From positions 30,132 through 94,131 of the forward strand of contig CAZYPW010000003.1 of NCBI GenBank assembly GCA_964649615.1: a DNA stretch of 64,000 nt. The letters are read 5' to 3'. This document shows positions 18,326 through 27,015 of this stretch, piece by piece. The notes beneath the pieces were generated by a model, which did not search any database, was not told where the DNA came from, and saw nothing but the letters and a program-made list of their open reading frames with translations. Source of the DNA: an uncultured Gammaproteobacteria bacterium (GTDB lineage Bacteria > Patescibacteriota > Microgenomatia > Daviesbacterales > UBA10151). Numbering within the stretch: position 1 is the stretch's first letter; every line of letters starts with the position of its first letter. The position numbers were made by a program, and so were the translations under genes.

Positions 18326-20506
18326 ATGGACATTAAAGAATTGTCAGTTTTTTTTCCATTAGTTAATGAAGAAGGCAATGTTTCAGAAACTGTTGAGAGA
18401 GCGATAAAGGTTTTAGAAAAGTTGAAGCTAAAATATGAGATTTTGCTCATCAATGATGGTTCAAAAGATAGAACTGGCCAAATTATTGATGAACTGGCAA
18501 GCAAAAATCCTAAAATAAGAGTTATCCACCATGCTCAAAATTTAGGATATGGGGAAGCTTTAAAATCAGGTTTCTATAATGCTAAATATGAAACCATAGT
18601 TTACACAGATGGTGATGGGCAATTTGATTTCTCAGAAGTTACTAAATTTTTAGAAAGCATTAAAGAAAATGATTTAGTAATAGGATACCGCATCAAAAGG
18701 CAGGATCCATTTTTCAGAATTCTTTTTAAGAAGGGTTGGAGTTTGTCTCTTTTTACTATGTTTGGTTTAACTTTAAAAGATGTGGATTGTGGTTTTAAGA
18801 TGACCAAAAGAGCAGTTTTAGAAAAAATCCCCCATCTGGAGTCTCAAAGAGGAGCTATGATTAATGCAGAACTAGCAATTAAGGCCAAAAAATTTGGGTT
18901 TAAGGTAGGGCAGGTTGGAGTAAATCACTATCCAAGGCTTAAGGGTATACCAACTGGTGCCAGCTTAAATGTGATTATTAGGTCTTTTGTTGATTTATTT
19001 AGGCTTTGGTGGAAGCTGAAGGATCAAAAATGGTTGTTTATTGGGCTTTTATTTATACTCTTACTGGCCGCCTTTTTACGCTTTTACAAAATTGACCAAT
19101 ATATGACTTTTTTGGGAGATGAAGGCAGGGATGCCTTAATTATGAAAAAGATGCTAACGGGAGATATCCCTTTCATTGGTCCTCCCATGTCAGTTGGTAA
19201 TATTTACCTGGGTCCCCTGTATTACTATATGATTTTTATTCCGATGGCTCTATTTGGTTTAAATCCAGTCTCATCTGTAGCAATGAATGCCTTAATTGGG
19301 GTTTTAACAGTCATGATGGTTTACTATTTAGCTAAGGTTTGGTTTAGCAGGGTATCAGCGCTCACTGCTGCATTTTTATATTCTATTTCTACTGTGGCAA
19401 TTACTTATTCCAGATCATCCTGGAATCCAAACCCTTTGCCCTTTTTTTCTACCATAGTAATTTTTAGTTTATATAAGTTGCACCAAAGCAGTAATTTTAA
19501 GTGGCTTGTTTTAACAGGAATTTCATTAGGGGCAGCTCTGCAAATGCATTATTTGGGATTAATTCTTGCTCCCATTATTATCATAGCTTTATTTTTTGAG
19601 TTTATCACCAAAAGAGACCAGTTAAAAAATATAGTGTCTGGTATTGCTTTAGGGATATTTTCTTTTCTTTTGGTAATGTCTCCACTGATTGCTTTTGATT
19701 TAAAGCATGATTTTTTAAACCTCAGGGCAATTTTGGCAATTTTTGGTGAAGGTGAAGCAGTTGCTTTTAATCTTTTGTCAAACCTAGAAAAAATCCCTTC
19801 CATCTTTGGTTATAACCTGATTGGCAGGTATATAGCAGGAGAGAATATTTTTCTGGAAATAATTTTAGCTTCACTGATTATTTATGTTTTAGGAGCTAAT
19901 TTGATTAAATGGTATTTTAAAAAAATAGAAAATTATCCCTCTTTTCTTTTAACTATCTGGATTGTTGTTGGTTGTTTGGTGCTTTCTTTTGTTAAGCATG
20001 AAACTTATGACCATTATCTTAATTTTGTAAACCCGGCCCCATTTTTAGCAGTTGGGGCAGCAGCTGCTTTAATAACTGGCAGTTACAGTAGAAAATGGAT
20101 TTTAAGGACTCTTTTTGGATTTTTGATTTTAATATTAACTATCCTCAATTTACAAAAAAATCCCCTCAATTTTCCTCCTAATAATCAGCTGCAAAAAACT
20201 CAGGGGATTGCTAAATTTGTACTAGAGAAAACAGAGGGTAAAGCTTTTAATTTTGCTTTACTTTCAGAAAATAACTATGATTCTGCGTATCAATTTTATC
20301 TGGAAGAATATGGTTATCAGCCAAAAGTACTGCCATTTGAGAAAACAGCCCAGCTGTTTGTGGTTTGTGAAGATCCAATCTGCAATCCAATCTATAGCCC
20401 TAAACATGAGATAGCAGCTTTTGGGTGGGTTAAAATAGAAGAAATGTGGGAATATAAAGGGGTTAAAATCTATAAGTTAATTCATAATCCAGATCAACCA
20501 AAATGA
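18326..20506 (+). CDS. Fusion of GT2 (DPM/DPG synthase-like) and ArnT/PMT-like GT-C membrane domain
   Basis: N-terminal NEE, DGSKD, DGDGQF, DVDCGFK; C-terminal FLGDEGRD, IGPP, GPLYYY, WNPN with many TMs. Confidence 0.8.
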   Translation: MDIKELSVFFPLVNEEGNVSETVERAIKVLEKLKLKYEILLINDGSKDRTGQIIDELASKNPKIRVIHHAQNLGYGEALKSGFYNAKYETIVYTDGDGQFDFSEVTKFLESIKENDLVIGYRIKRQDPFFRILFKKGWSLSLFTMFGLTLKDVDCGFKMTKRAVLEKIPHLESQRGAMINAELAIKAKKFGFKVGQVGVNHYPRLKGIPTGASLNVIIRSFVDLFRLWWKLKDQKWLFIGLLFILLLAAFLRFYKIDQYMTFLGDEGRDALIMKKMLTGDIPFIGPPMSVGNIYLGPLYYYMIFIPMALFGLNPVSSVAMNALIGVLTVMMVYYLAKVWFSRVSALTAAFLYSISTVAITYSRSSWNPNPLPFFSTIVIFSLYKLHQSSNFKWLVLTGISLGAALQMHYLGLILAPIIIIALFFEFITKRDQLKNIVSGIALGIFSFLLVMSPLIAFDLKHDFLNLRAILAIFGEGEAVAFNLLSNLEKIPSIFGYNLIGRYIAGENIFLEIILASLIIYVLGANLIKWYFKKIENYPSFLLTIWIVVGCLVLSFVKHETYDHYLNFVNPAPFLAVGAAAALITGSYSRKWILRTLFGFLILILTILNLQKNPLNFPPNNQLQKTQGIAKFVLEKTEGKAFNFALLSENNYDSAYQFYLEEYGYQPKVLPFEKTAQLFVVCEDPICNPIYSPKHEIAAFGWVKIEEMWEYKGVKIYKLIHNPDQPK

Positions 20507-21246
20507 AAAACCTTCAACTATCAGTAGTGATACCTTCATATAATGAGGCAAAAAACTTAAAAAAAGGAAGTTTAGATAAAGTAGGCAATTATCTTAAAGA
20601 ACAAAAAATTGATTTTGAGGTAATAATTGTTGATGATGGTTCATCTGATTCCTCTGTGGAAATTATCAAAAAATATATTTCAAAAGTCAGAAATTTTAAA
20701 CTAATTCAAAATGCTCATGGAGGAAAAGCCATGGCTGTGATGACAGGCATGATGGAAAGTAAAGGTAATGTTATTCTATTCATAGATATGGATCAGGCCA
20801 CCCCAATTAATCAAATTGAAAAATTTATTCCCAAGTTTGAGGGTGGTTTTAACATTGTTATAGGGTCAAGGCAAGGCAGAAAAGGAGCCCCATTGATCAG
20901 AAAACTGGCAGCCTGGGGATTTTCAGTTTTAAGAGGGATAATTTTGGGATTGCCTTTTAAAGATACCCAGTGTGGGTTTAAAGCTTTTTCTTATGAAGCT
21001 GTAGAAAAATTAATTCCTAAAATTAAGCATGAATGGGGAGTGGTGCATTTTAAGGGAGGAGCAGTTAATGCAGGCTTTGATGTGGAACTTTTATATTTAG
21101 CTAAAAAATATGGGTTTAAAATTGCAGAAGTTCCTGTTGAGTGGAATTATGTAGATACAGAAAGAGTCCAGGTGATCAAAGATGCAGCTGCTGCCATCTA
21201 TGATATGTTAAGAATCAGGATCAATGATCTTTTAGGAAAATATTAA
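20503..21246 (+). CDS. GT2 dolichyl/polyprenyl-phosphate glycosyltransferase (Alg5-like)
   Basis: PSYNE, VDDGSSD, GGKA, DMD, DTQCGFK, FDVELL, EVPVEW. Confidence 0.8.
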   Translation: MKNLQLSVVIPSYNEAKNLKKGSLDKVGNYLKEQKIDFEVIIVDDGSSDSSVEIIKKYISKVRNFKLIQNAHGGKAMAVMTGMMESKGNVILFIDMDQATPINQIEKFIPKFEGGFNIVIGSRQGRKGAPLIRKLAAWGFSVLRGIILGLPFKDTQCGFKAFSYEAVEKLIPKIKHEWGVVHFKGGAVNAGFDVELLYLAKKYGFKIAEVPVEWNYVDTERVQVIKDAAAAIYDMLRIRINDLLGKY

Positions 21247-21284
21247 CCCTGTTAGATTTTTTATAAGTGTGGTAACTTAATCTA

Positions 21285-21824
21285 ATGAGTGATACTCAAG
21301 AAATTTGCCCTAAATGTGGTGCTCCCTTAGGAGAAGTAACAGAAACTCAAAGCGGTAAAAAGCTGCAAAGATGTTCCACTGGATCCTGGAATAAAGAAAC
21401 CAGAAAAAATGAAGGATGTGACTATGTGAAGTGGATACAAGCTGAACCACAAGAGTTAGATGAAAAATGTCCCAAGTGTGGTAATAATTTAATCCTGCAA
21501 GTTACCAGATTTGGCAAGAAGATGAAAAAATGTTCAACAGGTGGTTGGGATGCTGTTGAGAAAAAAGCCACAGGATGTGATTATGTGGAGTGGATTAACG
21601 GAACATCAGAACCCCTTGATATGGATTGTCCAACATGCGGGGAGAAACTGGTATTATTTACAACCTCTGCCGGCAAGAAAATGGAGAAGTGTTCCACATC
21701 CGGCTGGGATAGTGTTAATAGGAAACCAACAGGGTGTACTTATGTTAAATGGCTTAAATCCGGTGAAGTCCCAGCCTCAAATGCAGGTGAAGAATTCCTT
21801 CCACCCCCACCAAAAGAAGAGTAA
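21285..21824 (+). CDS. Stand-alone protein of three topoisomerase-I-type C4 zinc ribbons
   Basis: Three repeats of CPxCG...G....CSTxxW......GCxYVxW. Confidence 0.75.
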   Translation: MSDTQEICPKCGAPLGEVTETQSGKKLQRCSTGSWNKETRKNEGCDYVKWIQAEPQELDEKCPKCGNNLILQVTRFGKKMKKCSTGGWDAVEKKATGCDYVEWINGTSEPLDMDCPTCGEKLVLFTTSAGKKMEKCSTSGWDSVNRKPTGCTYVKWLKSGEVPASNAGEEFLPPPPKEE

Positions 21825-21833
21825 GATACTATC

Positions 21834-21863
21834 TTGACATACTGACTATATGGTCAGTATTAT
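21834..21863 (+). promoter_or_regulatory. Promoter of the lexA-like gene with an internal palindromic operator
   Basis: TTGACA (21834-39) ... TATTAT (21858-63); atactgac-tatatg-gtcagtat inverted repeat (21839-60) lies over the spacer. Confidence 0.75.
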
Positions 21864-21872
21864 AGATAAGTT

Positions 21873-22508
21873 ATGGATACAGTTACTGCCAATCAGAATG
21901 AAAGATTAACTGAAAGACAAAAACAAACCCTGGTGTATATTTATAGTTGCATTAGATATTCAGGATATCCACCTACCTTATCCCAGTTGCGGGAAGAACT
22001 GCAAGTTGTGTCTAATCAGGCAGTCATTGATCTTTTAAAAATTCTGGAAAATAAAAAATACATTCAAAAAGAAGAAAATTCTGCGCGTGCTCTTAAAGTA
22101 ACTCAAAAAGGGTATGAAGAACTAAATGTTTCTCCCTATGCTCCTATGGTCGGGACTACAGCCGCAGGACCGTTTATGGACACTCTAGAACAATATGGCG
22201 AGTGGAAAGAAATATCATCTGATTTATCTAAGCTTTCGGAAAAGCTTGCGCTTTTTAAAATAAAAGGGGATTCAATGACTGGAGCCGGGCTGAGTGAAGG
22301 GGATATTGTGGTTGTGCAGTATGAAATAAATGAATTCCGGAATGGGGATATTGTTTTGGCAAAAAACGATGAAGGGACAACAATAAAAAGATTTGTAAAT
22401 GTAAATGGAAAAATACACTTAGCGCCGGAAAATCCAAAATATTCAAAAATTCCGTTTACTCCAGACTTGCGTCTTATAGGAAAAGTAATCTCAAAAATTG
22501 AAGTATGA
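21873..22508 (+). CDS. lexA: LexA-family repressor (winged HTH plus S24 peptidase)
   Basis: LTERQ, GYPPT, AAG cleavage site, GDSM catalytic Ser, TIKR catalytic Lys, LAPEN. Confidence 0.85.
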   Translation: MDTVTANQNERLTERQKQTLVYIYSCIRYSGYPPTLSQLREELQVVSNQAVIDLLKILENKKYIQKEENSARALKVTQKGYEELNVSPYAPMVGTTAAGPFMDTLEQYGEWKEISSDLSKLSEKLALFKIKGDSMTGAGLSEGDIVVVQYEINEFRNGDIVLAKNDEGTTIKRFVNVNGKIHLAPENPKYSKIPFTPDLRLIGKVISKIEV

Positions 22509-24442
22509 ACACAAAAGAAATTCTGGATAAAATATTTAAAAGCCCTGACCAAAATTATGGCCTTTTGGAATTTAGCAGCCTTCATCCGGAGGATATTTTA
22601 AATATTTTTGAAAAAGAGCCTGGAAAATATTACTTAAAGTGTTTTATCCGGAATAAAGATTTACTTGTTTGGAATGAAGAGAAACAAATTGGAGAACCTG
22701 AAGAAATAGTCAGACAACTTTGGATTCAGAAATTAATAAAAGAATATGAATATCCGCAAGATAGATTAACTGTTGAAGTTACTGTTGATTTTGGGAGGGA
22801 AGTTCATGAAAAAGCAGCAGATATTGTAGTTCTTCAGGATGATAAAGAAACTGCCTGGGTTATCATTGAAACAAAAAGTCCTGATTCAAAAGACGGACTT
22901 GAGCAAATAAAAAGTTACCTTAATGCAAAAGGCGGTCCCATTGGAGTATTAAGTGATGGAAAATCAAAAGTAATTTTATACAGGCCTTATCCGCACCAAT
23001 TTGAAAATACACTTCGGAATATTCCGCGGGCTAATCAAACCATTCAAGATGTTTTTGAATCTCGCCTTACTATAAATGATCTTGAGACTAATTTTGATTT
23101 GGTAAAGATCATTAAAGTTTTAGAAGAGTTGGTTTTGGCGGGCGCAGGTGTTGATTCATTTAATGAAATTTTCAAACTTATTTATGCAAAATTGTATGAC
23201 GAAAAGTACGCAAAGGATCGGAAAGATGAACTTTTATTCCGCCAGTCATCAGATCCGAGAATAACTTACGATAATATTAATAAACTTTTTGAGGATGCAA
23301 AAAAAGAATGGCCGGGAATGTTTTTGGCCGGGGAATCGATTCAACTTTCACCTTCTCATTTGTCGGTATGCATTGGGGAACTGGAAAAAATAAAATTATA
23401 TGATGCGAATTTAGAAATTGTAGACCAGGCATTTGAATATTTGCTTCCGGATGTTGCCAAAGGGAAAAAAGGGCAATATTTTACCCCCCGTCATGTCATA
23501 GATATGGTGGTTAAAATGCTAAATCCTAAAGAAGAAGAGTATGTGATTGATCCGGCTTCCGGATCCGGCGGGTTTTTAATCCATGCGATGCAGTGGGTTT
23601 GGGATCATGGCCTTTTGGAAAAATCCCGGGAAACAAAAATAAATTACGCGGCAACCCACATTTACGGAATAGATTTTGATGATAAGCCGGTAAAAATTTC
23701 CCGCGCTTTAATGCTTATTGCCGGAGACGGAAAATCTCATGTATTTAAATTAAACTCCTTAAACCCAGCAGAATGGAGTGGAGATGAGGGAGAAAAAGGG
23801 GTAGCAAGATATGAGTTACAGCAAAGGTTGCATGAATTTGATGACTATACAAAAGATGAGGATAATAAAAAACATTTTAATGTTTTTGATTTTGATATTT
23901 TACTAAGCAATCCCCCCTTTGCCGGCGAAATAAAAGAAAGAACACTTCTTAATGAATACGAGCTGGCAAAAAACGATAAAGGTAAACTTCGCAACAAAAT
24001 GGAAAGGCATATCCTCTTCATTGAAAGAGCGCTGAACTTGTTAAAACCCGGAGGAAGAATGGCAATAGTGCTACCTCAAGGAGTTCTCAATAATACCAAT
24101 ATGGAATACATTAGAAATTGGATTTTTGATAAAGCCAGAATTTTGGCTGTGGTTGGACTGCATGTAAATACTTTTAAACCACATACAGGTACAAAAACCT
24201 CTGTAATATTTTTGCAAAAATGGGCAGATGATGAAAAAATCCCAGATGATTATCCAATATTTATGGCGGTTTCCAAAAATAGTGGGAAAGATAACAGCGG
24301 TGATTATATGTATAAAAAAGACGCGGAAGGAAATTTTATTATGGATAGCAAAGGGCACAAAGCGGTTAATCATGATCTTAATCAAATAGCAGATTCATTT
24401 ATAGAATTTGCAAAAAAGGAAGGGTTTAGTTTTTGGAGGTAA
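22505..24442 (+). CDS. Fused restriction endonuclease / N6-adenine methyltransferase (HsdR_N-type PD-(D/E)xK plus HsdM-like; type IIB/IIG-like RM subunit)
   Basis: PEEIVRQ, ADIVV...IIETK; GQYFTPRH, DPASGSGGFL, NPPF; ATGA overlap with lexA. Confidence 0.88.
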   Translation: MNTKEILDKIFKSPDQNYGLLEFSSLHPEDILNIFEKEPGKYYLKCFIRNKDLLVWNEEKQIGEPEEIVRQLWIQKLIKEYEYPQDRLTVEVTVDFGREVHEKAADIVVLQDDKETAWVIIETKSPDSKDGLEQIKSYLNAKGGPIGVLSDGKSKVILYRPYPHQFENTLRNIPRANQTIQDVFESRLTINDLETNFDLVKIIKVLEELVLAGAGVDSFNEIFKLIYAKLYDEKYAKDRKDELLFRQSSDPRITYDNINKLFEDAKKEWPGMFLAGESIQLSPSHLSVCIGELEKIKLYDANLEIVDQAFEYLLPDVAKGKKGQYFTPRHVIDMVVKMLNPKEEEYVIDPASGSGGFLIHAMQWVWDHGLLEKSRETKINYAATHIYGIDFDDKPVKISRALMLIAGDGKSHVFKLNSLNPAEWSGDEGEKGVARYELQQRLHEFDDYTKDEDNKKHFNVFDFDILLSNPPFAGEIKERTLLNEYELAKNDKGKLRNKMERHILFIERALNLLKPGGRMAIVLPQGVLNNTNMEYIRNWIFDKARILAVVGLHVNTFKPHTGTKTSVIFLQKWADDEKIPDDYPIFMAVSKNSGKDNSGDYMYKKDAEGNFIMDSKGHKAVNHDLNQIADSFIEFAKKEGFSFWR

Positions 24443-24443
24443 T

Positions 24444-24959
24444 ATGAAAAACAAGAAGGAAAAAATATACGCTTTTATAGACAGCCAGAATTTAAATCTT
24501 TCAGTAAGAAATGATATTATCCGAAAGAGGAAAACAGTATATAAAGGATGGCAGCTTGATTTTGAGCGTTTCAACGTTTATATAAAAGCAAAATACCGTG
24601 TCACTAAGTCCTTTCTATTTATCGGGTACAGAAAGGAGAATCAGAATTTGTATGATCGTTTAAATGCGGCAGGGTACGTCCTTATTTTTAAACCGACTCT
24701 TGATTCTCAGGGAAAAACAAAAGGAAATGTTGATGCAGAATTAGTTCTTCATGCCATGGATAAAATTCGGAGATATGATAAGGCTGTATTGGTAACAGGA
24801 GATGGTGACTTTCATTGTCTTGTAGAGTATTTAATCAAGAAAAGGAAATTATATAAAGTCCTTATACCCAATCAATACAGCTACTCCTCTCTTTTAAGGA
24901 AATTTAAACAATATATATCTTTTGTTAACGTATTAAAGAATAAGCTGGAGAGGAAATAA
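24444..24959 (+). CDS. NYN (LabA/PIN-like) domain ribonuclease
   Basis: FIDSQN, KGNVDAEL, LVTGDGDF, S..L; start at ATG 24444 just after GGAGGT. Confidence 0.88.
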   Translation: MKNKKEKIYAFIDSQNLNLSVRNDIIRKRKTVYKGWQLDFERFNVYIKAKYRVTKSFLFIGYRKENQNLYDRLNAAGYVLIFKPTLDSQGKTKGNVDAELVLHAMDKIRRYDKAVLVTGDGDFHCLVEYLIKKRKLYKVLIPNQYSYSSLLRKFKQYISFVNVLKNKLERK

Positions 24960-24981
24960 AGCGAGTTTGTTGCTTCGCAAT

Positions 24982-25039
24982 AAAAAAGACAGGCATTTGC
25001 GCGGCATGAAAGCCTTTGCAGGAGCCTGTCATCGTGATT
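24982..25039 (-). ncRNA. Putative ~57-nt hairpin small RNA convergent with the NYN gene
   Basis: Own promoter, then AUCACGAU-GACAGGC...GCCUGUC-UUUUUU with nested stems; no ORF. Confidence 0.55.
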
Positions 25040-25045
25040 AGTAGT

Positions 25046-25074
25046 AGTATACGTTTATATTAAAGTAAAGTCAA
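25046..25074 (-). promoter_or_regulatory. Near-consensus sigma70 promoter pointing back toward the NYN gene
   Basis: Minus strand TTGACT (25074-69), 17-nt spacer, TATACT (25051-46). Confidence 0.7.
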
Positions 25075-25082
25075 GACTAACT

Positions 25083-26444
25083 ATGTCATTTTCAATAATT
25101 CAAAAATCTCAACTTGAAGGAGCGTATAGATTGGATGCGGAATATTATCAGCCGGAATACTTAGAAGTAGTCAATAAAATTTCAAAAATTCCCCACAATA
25201 TCTTAGAAAATATCTCTGAGAGCTTGTTAAGCTTCGGAGCATATTCACTTACCAGTTCTATAGTATGGCAGGAGTCTGGGATCCCATTTATCACAGCAGA
25301 AGACATCAAAGAAGGATTTATTGCTCTTGAAAACGTACGCTTTATAGATGAGAGGGCAGATGAAATTTTAAAAAAGTCTAGAGTTCATGAAGGCGAAGTG
25401 TTATTGGCTATGTCAGGTAAAGTTGGAGATACGGCTGTAGCGATTAATATTCCACCACGGCTTAATTCGAACCAAGATATAGTCAAAATTAAACTTAAAA
25501 AAAATTATTCGTCATACCTTCTCGCTGCTTTTCTGAACTCTACGTATGGAAGATTACAAATATTACGTCTCCCAGTTGGAAGCGTACAGCAACATATATT
25601 TCTTTGGCAAACTAAGTCATTATTGGTTCCAAAATTTCCGAAGAATCTCATTGAAGAAGTTGAACAGTCATATAAATTAGGGCTAGAAGAACTTGAAAAT
25701 TCAAGATTACTTTACAAACAAGCTGAAGACGTACTATTGAATGGATTGGGGCTCAAGAATTTTCAAGTTGAAGATGATTTATGTTTTGTTGTTAATCTTT
25801 CAGGTGTAAAATCTGCAAACAGAGTTGATGCTGAACATTTTCAGCCAAAATACGAAGAGTTATTAGAGAAAATTCAGCAAAAGAATACTAAAGTATTTAC
25901 TGACGTTATTAGGAATGTAACAGCAAAATTTAATCCTCTTAAAACATCAGATGAAACTTTTAAATATGTCGAACTTGCAAACATAAATTCTTCAATTGGA
26001 GTCATTGATGGATATTCAGAGATTCTAGGAAAGGAAGCACCAAGTAGAGCTAAAAGATTACTTAAAAAGGGAGATGTTATTGTATCAAGTGTTGAAGGTT
26101 CATTGGAAAAAGTCGCACTAGTAGATGGTACTCAAGAGGGGTACTTGGCCTCTACAGGATTTTTTCAGCTTAGATCAGAAGGAATATTGCCAGAAGTGCT
26201 TTTAGTTTTAGCAAAAAGTATTGTTATGCAGTGGCAATTAAAAAAACATTGCGCAGGAACCATCTTAACAGCAGTACCTAGTGAATCTTTACAGAAAATG
26301 TTTGTACCCGCAATACCAAAGGAGACTCAGCAAAAAATTGCGGAGTTGGTAAGAAAGTCGCATGAAGCCAGAAAGAAATCAAGAGAGCTTTTAGAAGAAG
26401 CAAAAAGAAAAGTTGAAGAGATGATAGAAAAGGGTAGTTCGTGA
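25083..26444 (+). CDS. Restriction-modification specificity (S) subunit with two target recognition domains
   Basis: Repeated RLDAEYYQP / RVDAEHFQP, GSVQQHI, IPKETQQKIAELV, helical spacers. Confidence 0.85.
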   Translation: MSFSIIQKSQLEGAYRLDAEYYQPEYLEVVNKISKIPHNILENISESLLSFGAYSLTSSIVWQESGIPFITAEDIKEGFIALENVRFIDERADEILKKSRVHEGEVLLAMSGKVGDTAVAINIPPRLNSNQDIVKIKLKKNYSSYLLAAFLNSTYGRLQILRLPVGSVQQHIFLWQTKSLLVPKFPKNLIEEVEQSYKLGLEELENSRLLYKQAEDVLLNGLGLKNFQVEDDLCFVVNLSGVKSANRVDAEHFQPKYEELLEKIQQKNTKVFTDVIRNVTAKFNPLKTSDETFKYVELANINSSIGVIDGYSEILGKEAPSRAKRLLKKGDVIVSSVEGSLEKVALVDGTQEGYLASTGFFQLRSEGILPEVLLVLAKSIVMQWQLKKHCAGTILTAVPSESLQKMFVPAIPKETQQKIAELVRKSHEARKKSRELLEEAKRKVEEMIEKGSS

Positions 26445-26456
26445 TAGAATAACTTC

Positions 26457-27011
26457 ATGGCTGAAAGTTCAATGATTCCTTTGGGGACAAGCTTACCGCA
26501 ATTTTCTTTAGTTGATGTAGTGTCTGACAATACTGTTTCATCTGCTGATTTTTCCGGCAAACCTTTATTGGTGATGTTTATTTGCAGGCATTGCCCGTAT
26601 GTTAAACATGTGCAAAATGAACTGGTAGGATTGGGTAAAGATTACGAAGATAAAATTGGCATGGTGGCAATTTCTTCTAATGATATTGAGAGTTATCCTG
26701 AAGATGCGCCTGATTCTTTAAAACAGCAAGCACAGAAGATTGGATTTAATTTCCCTTATCTTTATGAGGAAAGCCAGGATGTAGCCAAAAGTTTTAGCGC
26801 AGCTTGTACCCCTGATTTATTTCTATTTAATAATGAAGGAAAGTTGGTTTACCGGGGACAATTGGATGACAGCAGACCAGATAGCGGTATTCCAGTGACC
26901 GGAAAAGATTTAAGAGCAGCTATAGATTTCCTACTTTCCGATCGAAGCATAAACTTGGACCAAAAACCCAGTGTGGGTTGTGGCATAAAATGGAAATCTT
27001 CAGTACAATAG
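26457..27011 (+). CDS. Thioredoxin-fold AhpC/TSA (Prx-like) protein
   Basis: FICRHCPYV, ISSND, FPYLY, AACTPD, YRGQLDDSRP, PSVGCGIKW. Confidence 0.88.
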   Translation: MAESSMIPLGTSLPQFSLVDVVSDNTVSSADFSGKPLLVMFICRHCPYVKHVQNELVGLGKDYEDKIGMVAISSNDIESYPEDAPDSLKQQAQKIGFNFPYLYEESQDVAKSFSAACTPDLFLFNNEGKLVYRGQLDDSRPDSGIPVTGKDLRAAIDFLLSDRSINLDQKPSVGCGIKWKSSVQ

Positions 27012-27015
27012 AATA

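Noticed and set aside
24408-24443. Longer starts given for NYN (24408), rfbB (13209) and 28466
   Set aside because: These extensions overlap upstream genes; downstream ATGs at 24444, 13230 and 28514 fit domain boundaries and gene coupling better.
24967-24983. Mini-hairpin ttgttgc-ttc-gcaataa (GCGAAGC on the minus strand) as an integron attC site
   Set aside because: Too short, no RYYYAAC/GTTRRRY boxes and no integrase; kept only as part of the NYN downstream region.
22505-26444. Complete type I RM system
   Set aside because: No HsdR helicase/translocase gene is present; the nuclease motif is fused to the methyltransferase, which fits a type IIB/IIG-like layout.
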